This document shows, in pieces, positions 27,908-37,882 of a DNA stretch of 64,000 nucleotides; within the stretch, counting starts at the first letter, position 1; each line of letters begins with the position of its first letter. Source of the DNA: an uncultured Leptospirales bacterium (GTDB lineage Bacteria > Spirochaetota > UBA4802 > UBA5550); the NCBI GenBank assembly GCA_964645775.1, contig CAZYBU010000004.1:17805-81804 (forward strand). Reading direction: 5' to 3'. The notes under the pieces are model-generated. The model had not been told where the DNA came from, did no database searches, and saw nothing but the letters and a program-made list of their open reading frames with translations. A program made the position numbers and the translations under genes.

Positions 27908-30256
27908 CTACAGTCTGAAAGGAGGATAGGTGTCTGTCAGGCCGGTAAGAAAAGCCATAAGACGTGTATTATAACGGAACAGACTGATTGTATACTCAAA
28001 CAGGTAGTGGGGCCACCGACCCATAATGAGCACAGAGATCTGGCCTGCCAGGTATACAACGGGGATAGTCAATGTTAAAGCTGAAGCTACCATTATGTGA
28101 GGCAGAGCCGGCACGAATATACCGATACCGGTTATCCTCAGGAAAGCTAACAGCCTGGAATGTTTTAACGGATATGTAACGTCGAACTGGAGAGGATAGT
28201 CAAGATCCGGTTTTCCGGTAAAAACCGGATACTCTTCGACTATACCGAGAGTGTAGGCCATGATCGTAGACTGGTAACGGAGCGTATTCTCCAGAATAGC
28301 TGAGAAGTCCTCCATGGTCTCTCCCCGGCCAATGACGATTAACTGGTTCAGAAAACCGAGGATGGCCGAGAGTATATTATACACGAATGCAACAATAAAA
28401 TGAGGAACCAGGAGTGTCTGCACGATAGGTATGACACGAAACAGGGCACCGAGACGTGAATTTTTCAGGGAATAATCGATAGAGAAAAAGGTTGTTCCTC
28501 TCTCTCCGGTTGTACCTGAGGCTGAAAGCCGATCATCCACTGGTTCCAGATCAAGATCTTCATAGCTTCGAGAACCAGAATATTCCACCGATTCTACGAC
28601 TCTATCCATCTCCATCCCCGGAACAACAATATCCTCTTTATCTTCATCATAGACGGCCAGTTCATCAACATCTTCACCAAGATCTATCTCAGGCAGCTCA
28701 TCGACTTCATCTATGATAAGATGATCATCTTCTTCACCGGTACTGTTCAGTATCTCTTCTGCTTCATCAATCTCAGAAGTAAGTTGATCCATATCGATGG
28801 AGGGATCCAGTTCCTCAATCGTCAGCTTAAGATCTTCCTCATCCTCTTCATCCGGCTCTTCGCTTTTGGAGTAAATCAGATGTTCATCAATATCATCCAT
28901 GGTCAGGCCGGCGTCTTCAAGGGTGAGGTTAAGTTTTTCATCCTCTTCATCCAGATCTTCACCCTGCTTTATCTCTTCATCCTCTTCCAGATCGATGTCC
29001 AGGGATTCAAGATCAAGGGTTATGTCTTCTTCATCGGATGATTCCCATGGTTCCGCTTTTTCCGGTTGTTCGCTATCTTCATCCGGTTGTTCACCCATCC
29101 TGATCTCTTCGTCCTCTTCAAGGTCTATATCCAGGGAATCGAGATCAAGGGTTACGTCCTCTTCCTCTTCAATGGGGAGATCTATCTCTTCAACCTCCTG
29201 GCTTTCCTCTATTCCATCCAGGTCCTCTTCATGGGCTTCACCGACCTTGGGGGTATCGTCCTCCTCCAGGTCTATATCCAGGGAATCAAGATCGATCGTT
29301 ATATCATCTTCCGTTTTGGAATCGTATCCTTCCACATTTTCATGACTGACGGTTTCATCTTCATAGTCATCACTTATAACTGTTTCACTTTCATCTTCCG
29401 TAAGTTCCACGTCATCACCGGAATCATAGACAGGTACATCCTCAAAGCTCTCTTCTTCCAGCTCGTCTATAATTGGGGAATCATCCGCCATCAGGCCGCT
29501 TTCATCTTCCCTTTTGGCCCTTACCTGCTTCTCTATCTTCCCGCTTTCATCATTCTCGAAAACCTCATCAATATCAATCTCATCGGGAAGATCAAAATCC
29601 TCTTCGGACGTTTCTGCTTTATGTACTGACTCTTTTTCCTCTGTTTCCGGCTCTTCTGCCTCCCCGGGGGCTTCGTCAATGTCCAGATTCAGATCATCAA
29701 CATCGACATCGAAAAGCTCTTCTTCCCCGAAAGTCTCTTCTCCAGCCTCAGCATCCAGATCCTCATCATCCTTTACAGGAAGGGTTTCTTCCTCTTCTGA
29801 AAAATCCGTTTCCAGGTCAGCTTCCGACAGGTCTTCTTCAGGTTCTAACTCTCCGGTAACCGGTTCCTCGGCTTCAGGTGAAAATTCCTCCTCTTCATAT
29901 TTTTCAAACGCCTCATCACCTGGTTCTTCATCTTCCATAAGGCTTTGATCACCGAGAAGATCACCTATCTCCTCACCTGATACCTCTTCATTAACGGGTT
30001 CTTCTGCTTCCTGTTCTACCATTTGATCGGAAGGTGTCTCGCGGAATTGAAGAGCATGGCTTTCGGCAGGATATCCCTCCGCTTTTCCATACTCTCCCTT
30101 TTCCAACGATTCAACATGAACAGGTTCACCTTCTCGGCGATTGTCTATTATGTTTTCATGCTCGCATTTTGGACAATTAAAGGCAAATTTCTTATCTTGA
30201 ACCTTTTCATCATCTACGGCGAACGCTGCGCTACAGTTCGAGCATCTGACAATCAT
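27908..30256 (-). CDS. Zinc-ribbon protein with long acidic linker and C-terminal DUF4389-like membrane domains
   Basis: MIVRCSNC...CPKC (MJ0042-like finger); about 550-aa D/E-rich region; two SRL..R..PH..Y....YP units. Confidence 0.82.
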   Translation of the reverse strand: MIVRCSNCSAAFAVDDEKVQDKKFAFNCPKCEHENIIDNRREGEPVHVESLEKGEYGKAEGYPAESHALQFRETPSDQMVEQEAEEPVNEEVSGEEIGDLLGDQSLMEDEEPGDEAFEKYEEEEFSPEAEEPVTGELEPEEDLSEADLETDFSEEEETLPVKDDEDLDAEAGEETFGEEELFDVDVDDLNLDIDEAPGEAEEPETEEKESVHKAETSEEDFDLPDEIDIDEVFENDESGKIEKQVRAKREDESGLMADDSPIIDELEEESFEDVPVYDSGDDVELTEDESETVISDDYEDETVSHENVEGYDSKTEDDITIDLDSLDIDLEEDDTPKVGEAHEEDLDGIEESQEVEEIDLPIEEEEDVTLDLDSLDIDLEEDEEIRMGEQPDEDSEQPEKAEPWESSDEEDITLDLESLDIDLEEDEEIKQGEDLDEEDEKLNLTLEDAGLTMDDIDEHLIYSKSEEPDEEDEEDLKLTIEELDPSIDMDQLTSEIDEAEEILNSTGEEDDHLIIDEVDELPEIDLGEDVDELAVYDEDKEDIVVPGMEMDRVVESVEYSGSRSYEDLDLEPVDDRLSASGTTGERGTTFFSIDYSLKNSRLGALFRVIPIVQTLLVPHFIVAFVYNILSAILGFLNQLIVIGRGETMEDFSAILENTLRYQSTIMAYTLGIVEEYPVFTGKPDLDYPLQFDVTYPLKHSRLLAFLRITGIGIFVPALPHIMVASALTLTIPVVYLAGQISVLIMGRWPHYLFEYTISLFRYNTRLMAFLTGLTDTYPPFRL
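28975..29312 (-). repeat. Three intragenic imperfect repeats encoding E[DE]D[IV]T[IL]DL[DE]SLDIDLEED
   Basis: Visible in the protein and as related DNA blocks around TCCAGGGA near 28998, 29130 and 29277. Confidence 0.85.
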
Positions 30257-30272
30257 TCAGAACTCCTGATTT

Positions 30273-30587
30273 TTATGACCGCCCCGGATAGTATTTTTCA
30301 TTTATGTTATGCTGGATAATCAGTGGCGCTATAAGCACAAAGAGGATCATGTACCACTTGACGTCTCTCCCGTTTATCATCTCTGATTTCTGCAGGTATT
30401 TAAGATTAAGGTACAGTCCCCATATTCCCAGGGTAAAAACGGTCAATAGAATATTTATAACAGGATCGTCACCAAACAGAGAACTTGTTCGCGTAAGCCA
30501 CCAGAGATAGTAGATTCCCCCTGTAATAATCAGCAGTAATAACAGCACTACCAGATTATTTTCTGGAATGTACTCATGCATTATCAA
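30273..30587 (-). CDS. DUF4234-like small membrane protein
   Basis: LLLIITGGIYYLWW, LLTVFTLGIW, IIQHNIN. Confidence 0.75.
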   Translation of the reverse strand: MIMHEYIPENNLVVLLLLLIITGGIYYLWWLTRTSSLFGDDPVINILLTVFTLGIWGLYLNLKYLQKSEMINGRDVKWYMILFVLIAPLIIQHNINEKYYPGRS

Positions 30588-30634
30588 ATTCCTCTCCAGA
30601 CAGATTGTATTGTCTCATCTATATTAACGGCCCG

Positions 30635-30745
30635 ATTTTATTACAATCTTGACTACTTTTCAATCCTGGCAAAGAAAATCTTCTTTCCAATATCATGATA
30701 TTGCTTCATGATCATCATTGAGTCCGATTCTCTGTCCATTATAAC
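30635..30745. promoter_or_regulatory. Divergent promoter region with 16-bp palindrome
   Basis: Minus strand TTGAAA-17-TAAAAT (30663-30635); plus strand TTGAGT-16-TATAAC (30718-30745); CAATATCATGATATTG at 30688-30703. Confidence 0.55.
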
Positions 30746-30780
30746 ATAAACCGGTCCTGTACGACAACAGATAATTTGTC

Positions 30781-31764
30781 ATGGTTGAACATCAATTCCT
30801 TAATGAAGACCCCACAGACTGGATCCTGAACTCAGAAGACCCATCCCTTCGTCTCAGGGTCCACCGCGACCTCCTTGAAAACACCACGCCGGCTTCCCTG
30901 AGGGAGGAGACTGAAGCCTTTCTGGGAATGACGGGAGGGATACCACCCGGTAAAGAGAGTGAACCGGATCTGCTTTATATTGGACGTATATGGACTTTTG
31001 CTGAGGGAGTTTACTGCGGACTCGACATCAATAATGAAAGTATACACTTCGCAGGTAACTGGATATGTGAAAAATTGCAGAATTCCGGGGGTGGTTTTAC
31101 CTTCAACTGGGATCCACCCCTGGCCGATGCTCAGAGAACCGGTGAACTGGCCTGGTACCTGATAAAAGGCGGCTTCCGGGACAGCAGGGTTGAAACGGCC
31201 ATTCAATGGATTCTCAGCCACCAGAGGAAAGACGGAGGCTGGCTCCATGCCCCCAATGCCTCCTGGAGGGATCTCCTCGGCCTTATTCTTTTCAAGAAGC
31301 CCGGGAAAGGCCTTGATCTTGAATTCGAAAGGGGAACAGGTAGCTGTCCCTACGCCACTCTTGCATGTCTGAAGGCTCTCATGGCCCACGACCATTTCTC
31401 CCATGGGCGGCAAATTGAGAGGGGCATCAATTTCATGCTTGAACAGGGTCTCCTGCCGGGAAAAAAGTTTCCCACGGTACCGGCCCGCAGGTACTGGAAC
31501 CGCAGACCCCTTCTTCCCGGGGTTCCGGTTCTTACCCAGCTTGACAGTATCTCGCTTCTTGAAACATGCATACAAACCGGCCACATGAAACACCCTGCAT
31601 ATACGGATATATTCAACTACCTGATGTCTCTCCAGGGCAATGAAGGCAGATGGCATTGCCTGAACCGCTCTGACGGTATGCTTCATCGACCGAAGATAGA
31701 ACTGGACAGATGGGTGACCTTTCGGGTCTGTCTGATGTTAAAAAATCTTTCGATCAATTCTTAA
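30781..31764 (+). CDS. Prenyltransferase/squalene-oxidase repeat (alpha/alpha toroid) protein
   Basis: QW-like repeats: LQNSGGGF, WILSHQRKDGGW, LQGNEGRW; C-terminal RWVT. Confidence 0.75.
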   Translation: MVEHQFLNEDPTDWILNSEDPSLRLRVHRDLLENTTPASLREETEAFLGMTGGIPPGKESEPDLLYIGRIWTFAEGVYCGLDINNESIHFAGNWICEKLQNSGGGFTFNWDPPLADAQRTGELAWYLIKGGFRDSRVETAIQWILSHQRKDGGWLHAPNASWRDLLGLILFKKPGKGLDLEFERGTGSCPYATLACLKALMAHDHFSHGRQIERGINFMLEQGLLPGKKFPTVPARRYWNRRPLLPGVPVLTQLDSISLLETCIQTGHMKHPAYTDIFNYLMSLQGNEGRWHCLNRSDGMLHRPKIELDRWVTFRVCLMLKNLSINS

Positions 31765-32524
31765 AGGCATATCCTACAGATAGGATGAAACTGAGATTAT
31801 GAAAACTGGATTTTTTTTCTGCGGGGTATGACCGTCCGTTCTGATTATTATTCAGAGTAAAGGGGGTTTTCTGGTTTATAAGGTACATGTTCCAGTCAAA
31901 CCCCAAAGAGAGAAAAAAACCGCCGCTGAAAAATATTGAAAAATTCAGTTCCGCCCCGAAAGTAAGCATATGGAGAAGCTGTTCATCGACTGAACCAGTC
32001 AGGTCAGAATTAATAAGTTCCCGGGCTATCGGGGCCGCCTGATATCCTCCGAAGGAATACCCGATGACCGGATTCAGGGTAACATCCCACCGTTTTCTGT
32101 TTGTCAGGTGGCCAACAGGCCCCACTGCCACAGTCATACCGCGATAAAGGCTCAAACTCCAGTTTTCAAAATCAGATCCGAAACGGGTCCTCTGCTGAAC
32201 AAAGTCCCCTTTGAGTTTAATCTTAACACCCAGGTGATTGATGGGCATATATTCGAAGGCTACACCGGCGCTGAAGTGAAGATGGGAAAGCCAGAGTTTC
32301 TTGTATGTATCTGTTACAACTTCATATACGGATGATTCAACGAAATCCTTTTCCCGGGCTATACCTGGACCAACGACGCCTCCTACAGATATTATGGCAG
32401 TAAGAATCATTTGCCCCTTATGGGCGCCCTCAGGTTCTTTCTCCAGTTCATCGAAACGGGATTTCGCAGACAGATGAGCAGTCAAAAACAGGAGAATCAT
32501 GATTAATAGAAGTCGTTGTTTCAT
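31754..32524 (-). CDS. Putative outer-membrane beta-barrel protein
   Basis: Signal peptide, alternating amphipathic strands, C-terminal LSVGYAF. Confidence 0.7.
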   Translation of the reverse strand: MKQRLLLIMILLFLTAHLSAKSRFDELEKEPEGAHKGQMILTAIISVGGVVGPGIAREKDFVESSVYEVVTDTYKKLWLSHLHFSAGVAFEYMPINHLGVKIKLKGDFVQQRTRFGSDFENWSLSLYRGMTVAVGPVGHLTNRKRWDVTLNPVIGYSFGGYQAAPIARELINSDLTGSVDEQLLHMLTFGAELNFSIFFSGGFFLSLGFDWNMYLINQKTPFTLNNNQNGRSYPAEKKSSFHNLSFILSVGYAFKN

Positions 32525-32581
32525 GCAGTATTGTTCGTTTCAAGGGATTTACACGAAAATACCAAAAGGGGCCGCAGGAAT

Positions 32582-34723
32582 CTACTTAATTTTCATAGCC
32601 AACAGAGTAATATCATCATGTGGTTCCGTGCCTTTCATAAACCGTTTTACATCCTTTTCTACAGTTTCCACAAATGCATCCGGCTCAAGCTTCTCCAATC
32701 CCCTTATCAGATCAATGAACCGTTCTTCTCCATACTCATTACCCTCTTTGCTCATGGCTTCGACAACACCATCCGTATAAAGAACAAGCATACTGCCTGA
32801 TGGGAACGTTTTTCTATGAGACGAAACCAGACGAGTGAAGGTTTCCCGTCCAGCAGCTCCCAGGGCGATTCCGCCTCCCTTAAGTTCCTTAACATCTCCA
32901 GACTCAAGGAGATAAGCGGGATTATGTCCCGATGACACGTATTCCAGAGAACCCTGCTTCGGATCGAATATACCGTACCAGATAGTGACAAAAAAGTTAC
33001 TTTCAGTATGAAGATAGAGATAATCGTTGATCTCTTCCATAAGATACTTGATGGAATCACCTCTCCGGGTATGGGAATAGACCAGTGTGCGAGTCATGGC
33101 CATGACAAGCCCCGATCCCACACCATGTCCTGAAACGTCCGCTATAACAAGTGCCAGTTTTCCGTCTTCCAGAGAAATAACATCATAGTAATCCCCTCCC
33201 GCCTCGGTCTGGGCCTGGTAAAGGGCTCCGAAATAGACATTCTCTATCTCAGGAAAGATATCTGGCAGAAGAGTCTTCTGAATGGCCTCGGCGGTTTTCA
33301 GCTCATTTTCCATCCGCTCCTTGATGATCATCTCTTTTTGTGCCTTCTCCAGATTCCCGGCCATGTTGTTCATGGAGTCCGCCAGCTGTCCCAGTTCATC
33401 GCTACCACCCATGTCAATCCGGGTATCCAGTTTACCCTGACCAATGGAACGGGCCGCCTCATTTACCCTTGTAATGGATCGAACAAGAAATGTGGGAAAA
33501 AATATAGCCAGGATCGCCACACGAATACCAATACTCAGTATGAGGTTGATCAGTTCCTTCCGGTTTTCCATCAAGCGGGCATGAAAGGATTTCCGCAGAA
33601 TATACAGCCCGGCAATTCCCGCAAGATCGCTCCTGAAGGCAAGCAGGTTAAGTTCATGGACGTTCTTATCAGAATCGATTCGGATGCCTCCCTGTTTTTC
33701 CAGATAGTAATAGAAGTTTTTCCAGATATCCTCATCATTCTTTTTTATCCGGGGAGTAATTCTAAACTTGTCCATGGTACGATCGGAGATCTCTTTTACG
33801 TCTGAAAGAAAAAGGCCCTGTTCATTTATCTTTCCATTGAGGCTGGCAAGGTAGAAGTCACGTATATCCCTGTACTGTTCGTTACCGATTCTTCGGGGGC
33901 GATAATGAAACCAGAAGAAACTGAAGATTTTCCCGGTAAGTTCCGGTTTATCTAAAACAATACGGTAGGTAAACTCTACCTGATTGTTAACCAGCTTCCG
34001 GATACTGATTTTTCGCAGTTTTTGTCGTTCCTTCTCCAGGGTTTCTGTATCCCCGCTAATGGATCTGGATTGATTTTTATACACAAGATATCTGTTGTAA
34101 TAAGCCCTGTCTCCCTTTCTCTCAAATAGAGGGTATCCTACGATGACAAATTCATCTTCAGACTCTTCTCTTCCCCTGGAGAAGACCAGATGAGTATCAA
34201 CATTGACGTTATTCATAAAATAATTCAGGATAGTCGGCTTTAGAAAAGGATCCACTGGATAGGTATCCAGGATACCTTCGGTAGTTCGGTTAAAGTATAT
34301 GAAATTAGACTGGTGTTTGCCTTCCCATCCGAGATTTATATCACGGATGTTCAGATCAATAAGAAAGGCGATATCATAGTTCTTTTCCGAACCGATGATA
34401 CGCGCGAGGTATTCCGTGGCCTCTTTCAGATGACGGGCCTTTGCCCTGTAAAGATATCGCCTTCTGGCCTGGGAGAGCTTCCCGGCATCCTTCTCCTTCA
34501 GTTCTTTATCTATGGCCAGATAGGATACAAGGTTTTCATCACATCCCTTGATGACAGGACCGGCCATCCTGTGCATGGTCTCTCGCATTTTCGATTCATG
34601 CTGATTAAAAACCGCAAGGGCAATGACAGCTGCCACAACGGATGTTGCCCCGATCATTACCAGTGCTATTTTAAACCGGATACTAAACCTGATGGGGCGG
34701 GTTTTTCCGCTCTTAAGTTTCAT
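32582..34723 (-). CDS. Membrane HAMP-SpoIIE (PP2C) serine phosphatase
   Basis: Two TM segments flanking a large extracytoplasmic domain; DELGQLA HAMP; GGDYYD, ADVSGHG, YTDGV, DDITL. Confidence 0.93.
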   Translation of the reverse strand: MKLKSGKTRPIRFSIRFKIALVMIGATSVVAAVIALAVFNQHESKMRETMHRMAGPVIKGCDENLVSYLAIDKELKEKDAGKLSQARRRYLYRAKARHLKEATEYLARIIGSEKNYDIAFLIDLNIRDINLGWEGKHQSNFIYFNRTTEGILDTYPVDPFLKPTILNYFMNNVNVDTHLVFSRGREESEDEFVIVGYPLFERKGDRAYYNRYLVYKNQSRSISGDTETLEKERQKLRKISIRKLVNNQVEFTYRIVLDKPELTGKIFSFFWFHYRPRRIGNEQYRDIRDFYLASLNGKINEQGLFLSDVKEISDRTMDKFRITPRIKKNDEDIWKNFYYYLEKQGGIRIDSDKNVHELNLLAFRSDLAGIAGLYILRKSFHARLMENRKELINLILSIGIRVAILAIFFPTFLVRSITRVNEAARSIGQGKLDTRIDMGGSDELGQLADSMNNMAGNLEKAQKEMIIKERMENELKTAEAIQKTLLPDIFPEIENVYFGALYQAQTEAGGDYYDVISLEDGKLALVIADVSGHGVGSGLVMAMTRTLVYSHTRRGDSIKYLMEEINDYLYLHTESNFFVTIWYGIFDPKQGSLEYVSSGHNPAYLLESGDVKELKGGGIALGAAGRETFTRLVSSHRKTFPSGSMLVLYTDGVVEAMSKEGNEYGEERFIDLIRGLEKLEPDAFVETVEKDVKRFMKGTEPHDDITLLAMKIK

Positions 34724-35019
34724 TTGCCCCTGTTCTTCTCCCCGCGAGAGACCATAAAGTTATAGAGAGCAGAGAAAGCAGCTCCCAGGATAAAACTGTC
34801 TATGATCACATAGATGGTATTTATTCCAACAGCCAGAAGACGTCCGCCGCTTGACAGTTCGCCTGACAGAATGGAAAAACCGGAAGGGTGTATACTCTCA
34901 AAAAGCTTTACGACTTCGGCCCCGAATCCGTTGAAGAAACACCAGATAAATAGACCCAGCATGGGTACGGCAGAGACAACCACCACCGAAAAAGTAAACC
35001 ATTTGATATTAAGTTTCAT
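34720..35019 (-). CDS. Small two-TM membrane protein
   Basis: MKLNIKWF, two hydrophobic segments, FSALYN; ATGA-coupled on both sides. Confidence 0.75.
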   Translation of the reverse strand: MKLNIKWFTFSVVVVSAVPMLGLFIWCFFNGFGAEVVKLFESIHPSGFSILSGELSSGGRLLAVGINTIYVIIDSFILGAAFSALYNFMVSRGEKNRGK

Positions 35020-35444
35020 AGCTTCTCCTCTGATTCCTTCAGGGTAAACCGTAATTCAATTGTATTATTACCATTCCAGAATCTCTGGATAAGAGAATCT
35101 GTCAGTTTTCGCACCATGTATATACCCAATCCTCTATCCGCACCCTTTTTCATATGTTCTTCCGGATCAACCTCAGGGGCATGATCCGGGTTAAAATTAT
35201 GCCCCTCTCCTGATACAGCAATGACCAGTTCTTCTCCGTTAATACCGGCACTGCAACTAATCGGGCTTCTGTTAAACTCCACTTCATGATCTATCCGGTT
35301 GATGATAATCTCGTAGACGGCCAGTTCTGCACGGTCCCTCAAGTCCTCTGATAAACCCTGTCTAACCATCCACTCATTCAACCGTTCTCTGAATTCATCG
35401 GCCTGACTGTACTGACGGCGGATAGTCTGATTAAAGGTTTGCAT
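35016..35444 (-). CDS. RsbW/SpoIIAB-like anti-sigma factor kinase
   Basis: ELAVYEIIINRIDH, FNP, RGLGIYMVRKLTD. Confidence 0.88.
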   Translation of the reverse strand: MQTFNQTIRRQYSQADEFRERLNEWMVRQGLSEDLRDRAELAVYEIIINRIDHEVEFNRSPISCSAGINGEELVIAVSGEGHNFNPDHAPEVDPEEHMKKGADRGLGIYMVRKLTDSLIQRFWNGNNTIELRFTLKESEEKL

Positions 35445-35452
35445 CCAGAGCG

Positions 35453-35794
35453 TCAGATTGCGTTAATAGCGGATTTTTCATCACTGTATGATTCAAAGAG
35501 ATTATCAAAACCGAGCAGTTTGAAAATCTTTTTAACCTTGTCATTCATGGAAGCCATGACCATCTTGCCCCCTTTCCGGTTCAGTTCTTCATTTGTGCTG
35601 ATCAATACGCCCATACCGGCACTGGCTATGTAATCAAGATCCGGCATAACACATATAATTTTTTTAGCCCCCTTGTCGATTTCGGTTTTCAGCCGAGAGG
35701 CGAAACCGGGAGCAGTCTCCGCGTCTAAACTGCCGCTGATGCGCACGATCACAATTTCGTTCTTACGTTCAGATGAATATTGCAGTTTACCCAT
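35453..35794 (-). CDS. STAS anti-sigma factor antagonist
   Basis: ISGSLDAETAP, LDYIASAGMG, KIFKLLGF. Confidence 0.92.
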   Translation of the reverse strand: MGKLQYSSERKNEIVIVRISGSLDAETAPGFASRLKTEIDKGAKKIICVMPDLDYIASAGMGVLISTNEELNRKGGKMVMASMNDKVKKIFKLLGFDNLFESYSDEKSAINAI

Positions 35795-35808
35795 ATACTA
35801 TCTCCGAA

Positions 35809-37392
35809 TTAATCTTCTAATTTTGCAGGATACCCGGTGATATCCCGGATTTCATCATAGAGAGGTTTCAGACGTTCGTAAAGCCTCAGGTAGACCTTTT
35901 CATAGAGGTCGTTATACATTTGACGGCTTTCACTGTCTGGTTCAAATATCCTGCCCACCCGTGTCATCTCCGAAACTGCCTGTTCAAAGTTAGGATGAAT
36001 TTTAAGTCCCACCATCGCATCCATGGCTGCACCCAGAGTGGATGTCTCATAAGTATGGGGCCGTTCCGCGGAAAGTCCAAAGATGTCAGCGGTTATCTGC
36101 ATGGCCACATCGCTCTGGGAACCGCCACCGGATACCCGCAGTTTTTCAACAGGGATCTTGTTCCTCTTTTCCGTTTTTTCAAGGCCCTCTCTCAGGGCAT
36201 AGGCCAATCCCTCCAGAATTGACCGGTAAATATGAGCCCTGGAATGAACATCTCCAAAGCCGATAATGGCTCCCTTTGCCTCCAGGCCCGGGACTTTGAC
36301 CCCGGGAGACCAGTAAGGCTGCAGAGTTAACCCCATGGATCCCGGGGGAATGTCACGAATCATCTCATCAAAAAGTTTCTCAGGGGCGATACCCCGCTTA
36401 TCAGCAATCCTCTGTTCCTTCTCGCCGAATTCCCGCTTGAACCAGCTCACCATCCAGTATCCACGGTAGATCTGTATCTCTGTGCTGTACCATCCGGGTA
36501 CTGCACTGGGATAAGGCGGAATAAAGGGTATAATCTCCACGTATTCTTTTGTGGTTGTGTTAACCGTGGCTGTCGTACCGTAACTGAGACAACCGATTTC
36601 AGGCGAGAGGCAGCCGGAACCGAGCACCTCGCAGGCCTTATCCGTGGCTGCCGCAAGCAGGGGGAGTCCTTTCGGGATACCTGTTTCACGGGCTGCGGAT
36701 GGACTAATGTATCCCATTATTTCCGTTGGCTTCACAAGGGCTGAAAGCTTTTCAGGCTCAATAGGAAACATCTTCCAGTACATATTGTTTCTCGGGGCCC
36801 ATGCCTGATTCTTGAAATCGAAGGGAACGTAGCCTACCTGACTGCCCGAGGAATCAATAAATTCATCCGTAAGTTTATAGACAAAATAACCGGAGAGAAA
36901 AAGAAACTTGTGAGTTTTTTTCCAGATATCCGGCTGGTTTTGACGTATCCAGTTAGCCTCACTCTCCCGTATGCTGTACTTAACTGATTCCAGCATGTTT
37001 ACGGCTTTCAAAGCCAGGGAGAGGGGAAAAGATGGCCAAGATTCCACTTTCGCGCTTCGTCGGTCAAGCCATACGATGGCGGGCCGCAGAGGTTTCCCCT
37101 TCTCATCCAGGTTCACCATGGTGTTTCTCTGCGTAGTCAGGGTTACTCCCTTAATGGAATTCTTGCTGATCTTTGTTTCGCTAAAGAAACGTTTGCAGGT
37201 TTTCTTTAAAATTTTCCAGTAATACTCAGGGTCCTGTTCAGCCCATCCAGGATGATCAGAAACATAGGGTTCAATGGGGGTCTTAATCATATCACGAATC
37301 TTCCCCCGGGGATCAACTGTAGAAACACGTATCGACTGGGTACCTGCATCGATTACAAGAATCTGTTCATTTGCGGATTTGCGGGTAGCCAT
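35809..37392 (-). CDS. FGGY family carbohydrate kinase
   Basis: IDAGTQSIR, WAEQDP, AIVWLDRR, SYGTT, SGGGSQSD. ATG 37392 with GAGGAG RBS. Confidence 0.93.
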   Translation of the reverse strand: MATRKSANEQILVIDAGTQSIRVSTVDPRGKIRDMIKTPIEPYVSDHPGWAEQDPEYYWKILKKTCKRFFSETKISKNSIKGVTLTTQRNTMVNLDEKGKPLRPAIVWLDRRSAKVESWPSFPLSLALKAVNMLESVKYSIRESEANWIRQNQPDIWKKTHKFLFLSGYFVYKLTDEFIDSSGSQVGYVPFDFKNQAWAPRNNMYWKMFPIEPEKLSALVKPTEIMGYISPSAARETGIPKGLPLLAAATDKACEVLGSGCLSPEIGCLSYGTTATVNTTTKEYVEIIPFIPPYPSAVPGWYSTEIQIYRGYWMVSWFKREFGEKEQRIADKRGIAPEKLFDEMIRDIPPGSMGLTLQPYWSPGVKVPGLEAKGAIIGFGDVHSRAHIYRSILEGLAYALREGLEKTEKRNKIPVEKLRVSGGGSQSDVAMQITADIFGLSAERPHTYETSTLGAAMDAMVGLKIHPNFEQAVSEMTRVGRIFEPDSESRQMYNDLYEKVYLRLYERLKPLYDEIRDITGYPAKLED

Positions 37393-37471
37393 CCACTTCT
37401 CCTCAAAAGAGATACCTTCAGAATAGCATAGAGCCTCTCTGAAGAACAAGGATTCGTAATCTGGACAGGGC

Positions 37472-37828
37472 TCAGGATCCCTTGATAGCAGACAGAGCTT
37501 CTTCGTTGGTCTTCATTATCTGAACAAAATCAGATATACCAACAATTTCCATTACCTTCTCAAAATGATCTGTCATCCCTACGAAAAAAACCTTACCGTT
37601 CCTTTCATTGAGATCCTGAATAATATTGATTAATGTGGCTATGCCGGATGAATTGATATACTTCGTCTTTTCAAAATTGATGATCATTGCGTCGAGCGAA
37701 TATTCAGACTTAATATTTGCGTAATGCTTCTTCACTTCTACGTCAGCATCCGAAGTCATATCCCCTTCAATCAATAGTAAGGGTATACCCTGTATCTCGT
37801 CCGTGGTAACTGCGCATTGATACTTCAT
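37472..37828 (-). CDS. STAS domain protein
   Basis: IEGDMT, YINSSGIA, KVMEIVGI. Confidence 0.9.
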   Translation of the reverse strand: MKYQCAVTTDEIQGIPLLLIEGDMTSDADVEVKKHYANIKSEYSLDAMIINFEKTKYINSSGIATLINIIQDLNERNGKVFFVGMTDHFEKVMEIVGISDFVQIMKTNEEALSAIKGS

Positions 37829-37882
37829 GTTTTATCTCCACAAACTGATTCAGCCAATGATCCTATCGTATAGTAACAAATG

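Noticed and set aside
26734-27918. 394-aa plus-strand ORF
   Set aside because: Almost entirely antisense to the well-supported YgiQ radical SAM gene, with no motifs; shadow ORF.
28975-29312. Spaced DNA repeats as a possible CRISPR array
   Set aside because: Only three imperfect copies with unequal periods over 130 bp, in frame within a CDS and varying at synonymous positions; no cas genes.
28899-29948. Ser-rich and Phe/Ile-rich plus-strand ORFs
   Set aside because: Antisense translation of the GAA/GAT-rich acidic gene.
30832-31686. 284-aa minus-strand ORF
   Set aside because: Antisense to the prenyltransferase-repeat gene, with no recognisable features.
34720-35019. Small membrane protein resembling families auto-annotated as holin
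   Set aside because: No endolysin or phage genes nearby and it is coupled within a signalling operon, so no prophage call.
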